Notes under the pieces: generated by a model
Seen by the model: the letters and a program-made list of their open reading frames with translations, nothing else
What the model was told of the DNA's origin: nothing
The model's database searches: none
Assembly (NCBI RefSeq): GCF_006345805.1
Contig: NC_042997.1
Span: 197,780,001 to 197,844,000 of the forward strand
Direction of reading: 5' to 3'
DNA length: 64,000 bases
From: Octopus sinensis
Lineage: Eukaryota
Position numbers and translations under genes: made by a program
Part shown: in pieces, positions 37,191 through 49,815 of the stretch
How the letters are laid out: the number at the start of each line of letters is the position of its first letter
Numbering within the stretch: position 1 is the first letter of the stretch

Positions 37191-37352
37191 GACGGATTCC
37201 ATTCAGTTTACGTTTATCAAATCTACTCACAGGGCTTTGGTTGGTTCGGGGCTAAAGTAGAAGACAGTTGCCCAGTGTGCCGTGCAGTGAGACTGAACTG
37301 GAACCCATGTTGTAGGGGAACAACCTCCTAGACACACAGCCATGACTGCGCC
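37191..37352 (-). mobile_element. SINE family A, diverged 5' half
   Basis: Reverse complement of the family A head. Confidence 0.65.
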
Positions 37353-38404
37353 TATACCTCACGAAATAGAAATAAAACAATGTGGATGTTATTAAATGAA
37401 TTAACTCTATTAATGTAATTTGAAGTGCCTTGAAGATATGGAATTTTCTAGAACAGCATTTGTTTTTTCTAGCTCGGAGCTGAGAAAGCTAATAAGGAGA
37501 GTACAGGAGTCGGTCGAAAAAGCCAGCTTCTATATATGGCTGAAGCGGGAAGACCAAAAAATGGCTTGAAAGTCATAACATGCCGGCAAGAAAATAACAT
37601 CACTAGATGAGACAAGCTGACACTGAATTAGCTTCGCTGATTGACAGGCGACGGTCTCGTTTAGAGAATGCATGGGCTAAGACTATACGCCTTCATTGGT
37701 CAGTTAAAGTTGAGACAGTGTTACGTGACAACTTGCTGGAAGTGTCATGTGACAACTTGCTGGGGCTGCCTGCTGGAGCCTAGCAACAGGTATTTAAAGG
37801 GAAAAAAAATTTGACAAGACAGTCAGTCGCCCGCTGACACTCGTTGACGCTACATCGAAGAGGCCTGGGAACAGAAGAAAGAAGGCATGCACCCAACACC
37901 AGAGCTGAAAACACCTCCGAAAGGGTTGGCCCCGCCACGTCAAAACAGTAGAGGAGTAGGGGCCGAAACCGGACGTGGTTCTTCCTGATGACATCTTGAG
38001 CTAACTGGATCCTATAAAGGAGCTGTTGTGGTAGCGGACCACGAAACACGGTTGAAATTCCTTCCTCGTTAGTATTAGCAGTAAATGTGTAGTAGATATA
38101 AGAGTTCGTACAAAGGGAGATAATCGTTAATCTTTTACATATGGATAATGACGTTAGATCTGTTAATTAAATACAGTTCTATATCCGTCAGATGTAAATA
38201 ATGTAAATTATGTTAATTAAATAGTTTAAATATATTTCATACGAATGTTTGTAAATTAAAGTTGTCACTTATTGTTGTCGTTGCTGTTGTCGCTTTTGTT
38301 GCTGCTGCTTTTATTATTATAGCTGTTGTTGGTACTGTTATTACCGTTGTTGTTGTTGCATTTGCAGCTGCAGCTACTGCTGTTGCTCTTGTGGTTGCTG
38401 CTTT

Positions 38405-38749
38405 GTTTGTTTGTTGAGCGAAGCGGTTTTCGTCCCAGAGTGGGAGAAGTCCGAAACGTGGTCCTTTGCTGTTCGTAAGACCCGCAGAAGAGAAAGCAGG
38501 TCAACTCCCGACACCGAGAGCATCGACGGATGGATGAATGCGCATCCAGGCTCAGCGGTTGCGTAGGAAGTCGGGAACAAGAAACAGGAAGAAAGAGTGA
38601 GAGAAAGTTGGGTCACCCCCCCTGCCGGAGCCTCGTGGAGCTTTAGGTGTTTTCGCTCAATAAACACACACAACGCCCGGTCTGGGAATCGAAACCGCGA
38701 TCCTCCGACCGCGAGTCCGCTGCCCAAACCACTGGGCCATTGCGCCTCC
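38405..38749 (-). mobile_element. tRNA-derived SINE family D
   Basis: Minus head GGAGGCGCAATGGCCCAGTGG (A-box) ...GGTTTCGATTCCC (B-box); CAAA-repeat tail; sits in a (GTT/GCT)n region. Confidence 0.8.
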
Positions 38750-40372
38750 ACTGTCGTTGCTGTTGTCGCTCTTGTTGCTGTTGCTTTTATTATTGTAGCT
38801 GTTGTTGGTACTGTTAGTACCGTTGTTGTTATTGCAGCTTTTGTTGTTGTTGTTGTTAAGCAACAAGACGGGTAAGGGTGATTAAGTGATGGTCTAGGGC
38901 TTAGGGGCGGGAGACCCCAGACCTTGGAAAAAAAAAAACTTTGGTCATCTTGTTGTAGTCGATGGCTCTTCGTTGACGCCCGACACCACTGGGAGATGGC
39001 CCTCGAAGTCGCTGGAAATGGAGATCTCCAAGTCCAAATCTTGTACGGCTGCTGTTGTAGCTTCTGTTGATGATGTTATTATTGATGTTGTTGCTACTGC
39101 TGTTGTTGTCATTGTTGTTATATAATTCTCGGTTAATCATAATCAGACATCATCAAAATGAATTCTGCCGCTTTTTTAAATGCATTTAAGGAAGTACACA
39201 TACAATACACTCTTTTTGTTATAGGACATTACGAATTTAAGGGAGATCTAGCTTCTTTTTTTAGCATGTCAAGTGACTATAGTGAAGCTCTATTTCTTTC
39301 ATGAGTTGTTGGTTAGTAATAGAAGAGTTATGTCAGGTAATTGACTCATTGAGGAGAAAAAGGGCCAATAAAAAAATTAAAGATAAAAGCAACAAAAACA
39401 AAGTAAAATATTATTTATGACCCTCTAAAGATTATTATAATCTGAGATTAATGCATCTTTTGGGAGTAAAGACATCCTTTTAAGTCGAATTACTTTGATG
39501 TAAATTTTATGTTGCTGAGAGCCAAGTCCAGGAATATTTCACTGGAGACATTTTATCTTGCATGTGTTACACGAGAACATCGCGTTCCGCCTTTTTTTTT
39601 ATGTGGATAAGAGCTGACACTTTCTTTTATTCGCAGAGGAATAATAATTAGCAATTATACTATTAGAATATTAGAGACTTATCATTGTTTATTGTGGTCG
39701 ATATTGTTTCTGATTGAAGAACCAATTACTGCTAACACTAGTGTTGCAAGTGGTAATTGCAACTGCTAACTCTTTTGTGAAAGTATACAGGTGATTTTTT
39801 GTTGTTAGAACGGTTTGGAGTACGTACAAGCTTGATATATTAGCAAATAGTTCGATATAGCTTTGCAGGAAAATATAATTACCTCCAACCGGAAATAACT
39901 AGCTTGATCGGTTAGTAGCTATCCATCTCACAATATATAGTGTTCAATCAAATATTGGTTGTTTTGTTTCATCGTATGTAATTGTTTTTTTTTCTTTACT
40001 CCCAAATGGTCCGATAACAACTACATCCATCTTCTTCAAATTATTTATACTGACTTAGGTGCTCCTGTGTCGGACGACATAAGAGGCCGTCAAAGTATCC
40101 GGCAGAATGGCTCAGCAGTTATCCTACGACCGCTGCCCCGTCTGACCCGCGGTGCTTTTGCTCTTTGAGCTGTTTTCATAGCTTCAGGTTTTCCTGGGGA
40201 CAGGATACTAAGCTGAAGCCCAACCACTTGTATTTAGGTAAGAGACTATAGTTGGGGCTACATATCCTATTGGTTAGCCAAAGTCCACAATGTACTGGGT
40301 TGCCTTCAGTCACAGACACCTGGTCGTTGGTTTTCTTTAGACTCCTCCCCACTGGCTGTTGGCCGTTCTACT

Positions 40373-40782
40373 TATTTCTTTACAACCCACAAGGGGCTAA
40401 ACATAGAGGGGACGAACAAGGATAGACAAACGGATTAAGTCGATTATATCGACCCCAATGCGTAACAGGTACTTATTTAATCGACCCCGAAAGGATGAAA
40501 GGTAAAGTCAACCACGGCGGAATTTGAACTCAGAACGTAAATACATACGAAATACCTATTTCTTTACTACCCACAAGGGGCTAAACACAGAGGGGACGAA
40601 CAAGGACAGACAAACGGATTAAGTCGATTACTTCGACCCCAGTGCGTAACTGGTACTTATTTAATCGACCCCGAAAGGATGAAAGGCAAAGTCGACCTCG
40701 GCGGAATTTGAACTCAGAACATAGCGGCAGACGAAATACCGCAAAGCATTTCGCCCGGTGTGCTAACGTTTCTGTTTGCTCG
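40373..40782 (-). mobile_element. SINE family B, head plus second tandem unit
   Basis: Same junction ACGAAATACCTATTTCTTTACTACC at about 40547-40571. Confidence 0.85.
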
Positions 40783-42369
40783 ATGTCTTATTGGCCGTTT
40801 TACCGCCTTCGTAGCGCTGCTGCAGTGTTAACACTAAGCTCATCATGTGCTTAAGCCTGCCAAGTGAGGAGCCAGCACATAAAACATTTTGTAGATCAGA
40901 TAGTCAGTGATGCCCGTCCACCCTACTAAATAGGGAACAACATGCTAGACTCCTAAGATACTATCGTGGCACAGAGCCCCCTCTATCCCTAATGATTTTC
41001 AGCGAGCATGTAATTAATTTTTTTCCTGCCCTTCAAGTTAAACATTTGCTTTACATTTTGAGTTTCTAGAATGCGTAACGAAAATGTATCTTTGAATTGC
41101 ACACACTTTCATCATAACCAATCGTTGTTGTCCATTAATAAAAAGATAAACATTTATCCCCTTTGAACGAACTCTTACAACATCTGCTCCTTACTTAACG
41201 ATAGTACTGTTCTTGAAAACTTCATCTTTTCAAGGTGTTTAAAACTACACTAATATCGTTAATTCAGTTAATTAAATTATTATTATTTTATTTGTATTTA
41301 GTGATGTATAAATTATAATAGAATAGCAAACACCTTTTTACTCTTTTAAACGGTGTTTTTGTTCTGATGTACAAAGCTTTGCCTAGTTCACACAAAATAT
41401 TCTGTGCAACTCATAAATATATAATAAACGTTACTTCTCCCCGAAAATAAAAGACAAAAAAAAAATAATCAAAATCTATTTTTGGACAATTGAGCCTCTG
41501 ACCTTCTGTAAAAGGTGCGATCAATCGGACATAAAAACACAACCGATCGAATGAAAATAATTTCCTTATAGATTCTTTCCTCCTTTTCATAACTTTTATT
41601 CCTCTTTCCTAATTAGCACGATCATACAAACAATATGTCCATTGTATTACTTGATTGCTATAATAATTGATTAATGTTCGATTACTGTCATTTGTTGGCT
41701 AAATACAATTAGTTACAGCAGCAAATTATGAGCATATATATTTTGGATGGAGTTTTATTTAGTATAGCTCTTAATATCGTATAACAATTAAAACCTATAA
41801 CGTAGTCTGTTGCTATAACCTACTCATTGTATGAGACCGACCATTATAATCTGTTAGTTAAGGCTAACTAATTACGGTATTACGAATTTGATTGTAATGT
41901 AGTTATTAACAAAAATAGATATAACCGAGTTTTATATGTTGGGTGTATTCGCAATGAACTAAAAAGAACATGTCAACGGTTAATAAAACTGTGTTCAATA
42001 AAAAGTACTTTTTATTCTTCCATAACATCACTAGACTTACCGCGCTTTATAGATGTAGGTAGATTGAGTTTATACATGGTTGGACCTTGGAAGAGCGGTG
42101 TACTTTATATTTGTAAGATTGGCAAGAAAAGGGGTCGAGCTTATTAAAATTGAATAATAATATTTGTAAGAAAACTCGAATATTTCTATATATTAATATT
42201 ATATAAAAATCTATCAATCAAAATCATACCATCTTTTTTTTTTTACAATAAATTTATACTTATTTCTTTTAATCAACACTAAGTTTAAAATGCATTAAAT
42301 TCTATGTATGTCAAGAATATTTACTACGTGCACATTTAACACTATGTTTGTATATATTTTTTCTTCTTG

Positions 42370-42610
42370 CCAAATCGCTAGGTTATGGGGACGTAAACAA
42401 CTAACACCGGTTGTCAAACACAAAGACAAACAAAGAAACAAACACACATACACATACGAGAGATTTCTTTCAGTTTCCCTCTACCAAATCCACAAAATTT
42501 TTGTCGCTTCGAGGCCATAGAAGAAGACACCTACCCAAAGTGTCACGCGGCGGGACCGAACCCAGAACCATCTTGCTGGGAAGCAAACTTCTTATCAAAC
42601 AGCCTCTTAC
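42370..42610 (-). mobile_element. SINE family A, diverged
   Basis: GGGACGTAAACAAC...TTTCTTTCAGTTTCC...GGGACCGAACCC. Confidence 0.6.
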
Positions 42611-43029
42611 AGCCGTGTATTTGTCATGTCATACTTTATTATTTAAGAGTGTTATGTTTGAGAAATTTTGTAAGAGAACGAGTTGGTGGGTATATAAAAA
42701 TGAAAATAAGTCTTTTTAACAACTGAAAAACATAAGAATTCAATTAACTGCACAGACTTTCATGAGAAAAGGGTTTCCCTTGAAAAAGGAAATAACGTTC
42801 CGCTTAGATTCTTAAAAATGAAATCCGCATTGCTATATGGGACACCTTCCCACCCGCGCAAAAGTAAAATACTGTGCTGTAAATATTCTGAAATTTTATT
42901 AAATTCAATGAATTTTTAAAGCATTAATCCGATTACAGAAAATATACGAAAAAACGTAAAAAAATTAATTGCAAAATTTTCGAAAGATATGAAGATTTCG
43001 AAATATTAGCTTTAAATTTTGTCACAAGG

Positions 43030-43735
43030 CCAGCAAATCTGGAGGATGGAGTAACTCGATTACACCGACCCTTAGATTCAAATGGTTCTTATTTTATCGA
43101 TTCCGAAAGGATGAAAGGAAAAGTCCACCATGGCAGAATATGAACTCAGAACACAATGAAGGATAAAATGCTGCTAAGCGTTTTACCAGCATGATAATTA
43201 TTTCCATATCTTAAGGCGCCACTTTAAGATATGAAAATATTCCTTTCTACAATAGGCAAAACGTCTAAAATTTTGGGGAAGCGGACAAATTGATTACATC
43301 AATCCCAATGCTCTACTTGTATTTAATTAATCGACAAAGAAAGAATGAAGGGCAAAGCCAACCTCGGCGGAACTTGAGCTCATAACGAGAAGCCGGACAA
43401 AACGCCGCTAAGCATTTTGCCAGTTTGCCGCTTTAAGACGGAAACATTGAAGTCTATTATAATCCTTTTGCAACCTTTTCTGTATTAACTTTTATTTTGT
43501 TCATGATATACACTGAAGAATTCTGATGCATATATATGAAAGGCAAAATCGACCTCGGTGGAATTTGAACTCAGAACATACAGACAGACGAAACGCCGCT
43601 AAGCATTTTGCCAGTCCACCGCCTTAAGACATGGAAATATTGAAGCTTATTATAATTATTACGCAACCTTATCTGTATTGACTATTATCTTATTCATGAT
43701 ATACACTGCAGAATTCTGATACGTATATATAATGA
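43030..43735 (-). mobile_element. Cluster of old SINE B fragments, including a ~190-bp tandem duplication of SINE plus flank
   Basis: GACGAAACGCCGCTAAGCATTTTGCCAG..CCGCCTTAAGAC..ATTGAAG...TTCATGATATACACTG..GAATTCTGAT occurs twice (about 43395-43535 and 43585-43730). Confidence 0.6.
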
Positions 43736-44167
43736 AATAGCATGGGGGGAAAATAAATTATAGATTTATTTAAAGTTTGAATTATAAGCAGCTCTTGTAA
43801 CGTAAACATTATTGATATCACATGCGTTTTGTCTATGCGCTTATTAGCTGCGGGTAACGTCGGTGGGCTATCCTGCAGCTAATGAACGCATAAACAGAAC
43901 AAATACATTAAATATGTGACATCGATAATATCTATATTAAAGATTTATAGAAACTTACTGTAGGCTACTTAATATGATGGATAGAAATTTTAAAGTACAA
44001 TAAGGAAATATTGACTGGTGAGGAAAATTTAAAGGCAAAAATCATATTCTAAATCATTTATAACGAGATGCGTACCGAAGAAAAAGTTAGCCCACATACT
44101 CTAATAAATCAAAATAATATTCTCCCATTGGTTGTGCGCTTTGAAAATTCTTATCACTTCTTCATAT

Positions 44168-44402
44168 ATATTTCTTTACTACCCACAAGGGGCGATACAC
44201 AGAGAGGACAAACAAGGACAGACAAACGAATTAAGTCGATTGTATCGACCCCAGTGCATAACTGGTACTTAATTTATCGACCCCGATAGGATGAAAGGCA
44301 AAGTCGACCTCGGCGGAATTTGAACTCAGAACGTAACGGCAGACGAAATACGGCTACGTATTTCACCCGGCGTGCTAACGTTTCTGCCAGCTCGCCGCCT
44401 TC
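44168..44402 (-). mobile_element. SINE family B monomer with a 14-bp TSD
   Basis: TCACTTCTTCATAT at 44154-44167 and 44403-44416. Confidence 0.88.
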
Positions 44403-45299
44403 TCACTTCTTCATATTACGATACGGATATCTTTCTCTATGTTGAGAACTATGTGGGCAAAGAGCCTCTTTTCCACACAAGCTCGGCAGTTTATACCTAC
44501 CTTACTCAAGCTTGGAAACAGAACTCTCCACCGACAGTTGGGAGTGTTGTTTAAATTTTAAGAAGCTCATACGTAACAGTAAAGTTAAGATGAATATCGC
44601 TTTCCTTGATATTCTGTCAAAATGCTGTGATCATCTTCACAGCCATAAAATTTACAGAAACTAATTAGATCTTCAGTTTTATTACTTGTCGCCAAGATTT
44701 TTGCTTAACTTCCAGTTTAGTAACACAACTGGAATGACTCTACGGTAATTCCTGTGTTGTCTTCCTTTCCTATAAATCTCCTCCCAATTTCTTCTTCATA
44801 GGAATTCAGAAATGTTTAATATATTTTCTCACTATAAAACCACTGAAAATTTTATGAAGGTTAATATATCTTTGCACAGATTTCATTCGTATTTTTCCTC
44901 AGTCTGCTCTGATTAGAACATTTCTCTGTTACCTCAACCTCATCGTTTTGTATATGTTGGCTTACATTTTGATACATTACTTCGAATTGTTCTTAACAGA
45001 TTAAGTATTTTCATTACACCATCAGTAATTTTATGCAGCTTGTAAATCAAGATGCCACAGCAGAATATTTCGTGCAGTGGTAGTCTCTATCAATATCGGT
45101 GTTGTAATGTAATTTCAATATAAAAAATGGATTCACTGTCGATGTTATAGGTATCAGTATTGCCCCTTCTTCGCTTACTGGATTTGGTGGACTACTTTCG
45201 TTTTTTTTAAATTTCCTATTAACAGGCGTACATTGAAATCTTTAAGACAAATACAACACGTACAGACAATACACAACGAGACAATATAAAATCGGGGAA

Positions 45300-45713
45300 G
45301 GCGGCGAGCTGGTAGAAACGTTAGCACACCGGACGAAATGCCTAGCGGTATTTTGTCTGCGTTACGTTGTGAGTTCAAATTCCGCCGAGGTCGACTTTGC
45401 CTTTTATCCTTTCGGGGTCGATAAATAAAGTACCAGTTAGGCACTGGGGTCGATGTAATCGACTTAGTACCTATGTCTGTCCTTGTTTGTCCCCTCTGTG
45501 TTTAGCCCCTTGTGGGTAATAAAGAAATAGGTATTTTGTCTGCCGCTACGTTCTGAGTTCAAATTCCGCCGAGGTCGATTTTGCTTTTCATCCTTTCGGG
45601 GTCGATTAAATATGTACCAGTTACGCACTGGAGTCGATGTAATCGACTTAATCCGTTTGTCTGTCCTTGTTTGTCCCCTCTATGTTTAGCCCCTTGCGGG
45701 CAACAACGAAATA
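45300..45713 (+). mobile_element. SINE family B head plus tandem second unit, with a 19-bp TSD
   Basis: ACAATATAAAATCGGGGAA at 45281-45299 and 45714-45732. Internal junction AAAGAAATAGGTATTTTGTC at about 45520-45540. Confidence 0.92.
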
Positions 45714-46003
45714 ACAATATAAAATCGGGGAACTAAAAATAAAAATAGGCATTTGAGAAAAGATGAAAAACCAAAAGAAACGTATGAATTATGAAAAAGA
45801 TGATACAATGAGGCGAAATACCTATTCGAATCCCGAAGTCGTGTGGTTACATTTAGACAGTTTTTCTCTTCTTTTTTTTCTCACTCTTTTTCACAACACA
45901 TTCTCGACCGTTTTTTTCTCTTTTTTTTTCCTCATTCCTTTTTTCACAACACATTCTCAAAAAAAATTCACAATTTTCTTCTTAACAGAAATAGTTCATA
46001 TTT

Positions 46004-46417
46004 GAAGGCGGCGAGCTGGCAGAAACGTTAGCGCGTCGGGCGAAATGCTTAGCGGTATTTCGTCTGGCTTTACGTTCTGAGTTCAAATTCCGCCGAGGTC
46101 GACTTTGCCTTTCATCCTACTGGGTCGATTAAATAAGTACCAGTTACGCACTGGGGTCGATGTAATCGACTTAATCCGTTTGTCTGTCCTTGTTTGTCCC
46201 CTCTGTGTTTAGCCCCTTGTGGGCAATAAAGAAATAAGAAACGTTAGCACGCCGGGCGAAATGCTGAGCAGTATTTCGTCTGGCTTTACGTTCTGAGTTC
46301 AAATTCCGCCGAGGTCGACTTTGCCTTTCATCCTTACTGGGTCGATAAATTAAGTACCAGTTGCGTACTGGGGTCGATCTAATCGACTAGAATCGGGCCT
46401 TGTGCCTAGAGTAGAAA
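46004..46417 (+). mobile_element. Chimeric SINE B dimer with a 17-bp TSD
   Basis: AGAAATAGTTCATATTT at 45987-46003 and 46418-46434. The second monomer starts at AGAAACGTTAG and has a different tail (GGGCCTTGTGCCTAGAGTAGAAAAG). Confidence 0.85.
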
Positions 46418-46469
46418 AGAAATAGTTCATATTTTTTTCCCACCAAAATGTTTATTCCAAATTTATTAC

Positions 46470-46700
46470 CTCTCTCTTGAAATTTTCCAGCCTTGTATAG
46501 TCCACAACTGGCGGCCTTCCATTATAGTACACAGACCCATCCATTCCTGCCATAAACTCTCTGTAATATCTCCACAGTTCGTTGCTCGCTGATTCACTCA
46601 CTATCACACACCTTTCCTTCTCTGGGAACCTCCATTTAGGTAGTTTCACTCTCACCAAATGTTTCCACTTTGATATTTTCTTCTCTACTTCTATTGATTT
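46470..46700 (-). CDS. Candidate 231-nt internal exon (77 aa) or fragment of an unrecognised element
   Basis: Open frame KSIEVEKKISKWKHLVRVKLPKWRFPEKERCVIVSESASNELWRYYREFMAGMDGSVYYNGRPPVVDYTRLENFKRE, bounded by TTTTTACAAG| and GAG|GTAATA, phase 0/0. Non-repetitive composition; weak AAG acceptor. Confidence 0.3.
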
Positions 46701-46797
46701 CTTGTAAAAAATCAGGACTCCTTTATACTCACTTTTATACTCACTGGTCTACTTTCACTTGGGCTACTTGGTGGACTACTTTCACGTATATACACAC

Positions 46798-47000
46798 CTA
46801 TTTCTTTACTACCCACAAGGGGCTAAACACAGAGAGGACAAACAAGGACAGACAAACGGATTAAGTCGATTATATCGACCCCAGTGCGTAACTGGTACTT
46901 AATTTATCGACCCCGAAAGGATGAAAGGCAAAGTCGACCTCGGCGGAATTTGAACTCAGAACATAGCGGCAGACGAAATACTGCTAAGCTTTTCGCCCGC
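46798..47000 (-). mobile_element. SINE family B, head-truncated monomer
   Basis: Reverse complement of the unit from tail TATTTCTTTACTACC to GAAATACTGCTAAGCTTTTCGCCCG. Confidence 0.85.
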
Positions 47001-47305
47001 ATACACACACCGTGAATAAATTGTATTGGCGCTGGAAACACCTTACTTATTTAAGGCTCGCAGAAGAGCTTCTCTGCAAGTTTATTTTGTATCAGAGGTT
47101 GTTTTTCACTTCTTGACCGTACGACCCAGGAGAAATGGAAAATTATAAATGGAGCACGCTGTGTCGAAGACATACAAATAAAACAATATAAATTTTCAAT
47201 ACAAGACAATCAGCTGATATAGTTACTTGATGTACTTTGTACAAGCAGAAGGATCAAGTGTGCATTGCAATGAACATAAATACTTTTTTCACTGTGGAGA
47301 AGCAT

Positions 47306-47720
47306 CGGATCTTTTCGGTTTGAACGGCAGTTTTTTCTAGCGGTGTCATATGAAATTGTCACCCATAATTATGACCCTAGTATCGATCTATTGCATTTCA
47401 ATCTGTTTTAGGGTTAGGGTTAGTTAGAGTTAGGGGTGGGGGAAGGGTATCTTTTTTTCTTCAGAAATGTGAATAAACCCAATCTGTTTCTTAAACGAGG
47501 GACATATTCATACGACACGGAATGTTTTCACCTCAATAGACGTCATTGATTGGTTGAAATTTCAGAAATTGAAGAAAAAAAACAACAAATATCTTACAAA
47601 CTATAGAATTTTCTCAATAAAGATGTTTTACAAACACATTCTACCAGTAAACGAAATTTAAAAGTGTTTAGTTACGTGGAAATTATTTTAAAAAACTACC
47701 CTTCAAACCGAAAAGATCCG
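47306..47720. mobile_element. MITE with 31-bp TIRs, 6-bp TSD and internal TTAGGG-like repeats
   Basis: TIR CGGATCTTTTCGGTTTGAA(C/G)GG(C/T)AGTTTTTT; AAGCAT at 47300-47305 and 47721-47726; TTAGGGTTAGGGTTAGTTAGAGTTAGGGG at about 47408-47436. Confidence 0.85.
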
Positions 47721-48023
47721 AAGCATCTTTGGTTGAAATCAAATCATCTTAGTAGCATCATCATGGTCTTATCACATCATACTTTCTTTAAATAAGCCGA
47801 TTTATTTTTTTTATTTTAAAAAAGCGAGATTATTTCTTTAAAAAAAGGCAAGACTATGTCCTCCAGGTGTCCTTCATTAGTGGACTCAGAAATGTTTAGT
47901 ATACTTTCTCACGATAAAAACCACTGAAAAAAGGCAAGACTATATCCTCTAGTTGTCCTTCACTAATATACACATATGTATATGTACTAATGTACTACGA
48001 ATAAATAAATATACATATATAAA

Positions 48024-48089
<66 letters not shown>

Positions 48090-48529
48090 ATACATATGTA
48101 TGTGTCTTCTCTTTTCTCTCTCTCTCTATACATATACACATATATTTACACACACACATTTATATGCATGTATGTATGTGTATATAAATACATATATACA
48201 CAAAGGGACAAATAAGCACACATCTGTATGTATGTACGTAAGTATGTATGTTTCTTTTTTTCTTATAAACACTCTGTCCGAATCTGCGGTCTGTTTAAAC
48301 ATTTATCTGACTTTCTGTTGATATGCCTCAAGTGAAAGCGTAAATAACAAGCATAATACACTACATCTTGTAAATTAACATGAACCGTAGTCAGTTTCAG
48401 GACATTGCCATAATTATAACCAATTTCAACAACTATTTTTCTCTCAATTTCCTAATTTGTAGTACACTTACCGCTTCACAGCTTGGTTTTGTTCTATTTC
48501 TCTCAGGTACACAATTTATTCTCAATAGA

Positions 48530-48805
48530 TCATGTGTGTGTGTATGTGTGTGTGTGTGTTTGTGTGAGTGTGTGTGTGTGAGTGTGTGTGAGAGTGTGTG
48601 TGTGTGTGTGAGAGTGTGTGTGTGAGAGTGTGTGTTGTGTGTGTGTGTGTGTGGTGTGTGTGTGTGTGTGTGAGTGTGTGTGTGTGAGTGTGTGTGAGAG
48701 TGTGTGTGTGAGAGTGTGTGTGTGTGTGTGAGAGAGAGTGTGTGTGTGTGTGTGTTGTGTGAGTGTGTGTGTGTGTGTGTGTGTATGTGTGTGTGTGTGT
48801 GTATT
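48530..48805. repeat. Long interrupted (GT)n/(GA) microsatellite
   Basis: Directly visible. Confidence 0.95.
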
Positions 48806-48888
48806 ATGAAATATTGATAATGGCGGAAAAGCTGTAACATTTCCTTTATTGCTAAGATGGTATATATTAATTCACTTTTTGTCTCTTC

Positions 48889-49389
48889 TTGTTAAATTTG
48901 CACCTGTTTAATAAAAAAAATAATAAATTCATTGAAACAGGTGAGATTTTTAACACTAACGTAAAAGCGGTGTTATTGTATGGGGCTGAGACATGGCGAA
49001 CAACAGTCAAGTCAAATAAGCAAATACAATCATTCATCAACAGATGCTTGCGTAGTATACTTAAAATTAGATGGCCCGAACACATAAGCAATATGGAGCT
49101 ATGGCAAAGAACAAATGAAGTTTCGATTAGGGAACAAATATTTAAGAAGAAGTGAAAGTGGATTGGTAGCACAATTAGAAAAGACACACCAAATGTAGTG
49201 AAAAGTGCTTTACAGTGGAATCCGGAGGGATATAGAAGGAGAGGTAGGCCTAAGAACTCGTGGCGTAGATCAACACAGAAGGAACTAGAGAAAGGGAGAC
49301 ATTCATGGCAGAGTATAAGTACAGAAACCAAAAATTATGCGACATGGAATTCAACTATAAGTGGCTTATACTCTGCATTGGAGGGTTAA
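48889..49389 (+). pseudogene. RTE-clade LINE 3' ORF fragment
   Basis: FNTNVKAVLLYGAETW...RCLRSILKIRWPEHISN.ELW...K*KWIG...ALQWNPEGYRRRGRPKNSW. One frame with a single TGA at 49153-49155. Confidence 0.88.
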
Positions 49390-49815
49390 AGGCAGAAGAA
49401 AAGAAAAGGTTAGATTAAACCGATGCAGTGATTTACTTGTTTTAGCGTTTACGAAAGACTCAGAAATCGAATTATTACTTACTTCTACATCTTGTATTTT
49501 ATAATACCCGAGACACAAAACCAAACATTATGGCTGGTGAAGAGTGAGAAGCGTATCTTTGGCTGAATGATGTACTGTTATTATTGTACTTGCGGAAAAC
49601 TTGCTTTATTTTACATAAATTAACCATTTGAGCCCGCGAGGATGCTTTAGCGACTGTGATCATGTTTGCCTATACGCTTGCAAGACGAATAAGGCTGGCA
49701 ACTAAGTAGTATTTTGTTTACGGCTGAAAATAACAATGTTACTGCCAATTAACCACCCATAAACACAAAACCATTAGGAAGCTCGCTTTTATGTTTTCCA
49801 TGAATAATGGAACAG

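Noticed and set aside
37960-37995. GGCCGAAACC...CTGATGA string and the 89-aa minus ORF at 37780-38049
   Set aside because: Only 4 nt are available for stem I and no stem II pairs, so it cannot fold as a hammerhead. The ORF has no recognisable motif.
38901-39140. Minus ORF with RQRR dibasic site (GVGRQRRAIDY), a possible prohormone exon
   Set aside because: The N-terminal half is an (AAC)n microsatellite, there is no splice donor and no Cys or peptide pattern.
40059-40237. 179-nt open segment between TTAG| and |GTAAGA
   Set aside because: Weak pyrimidine tract, no homology recognised, and the surroundings look like a decayed retroelement UTR.
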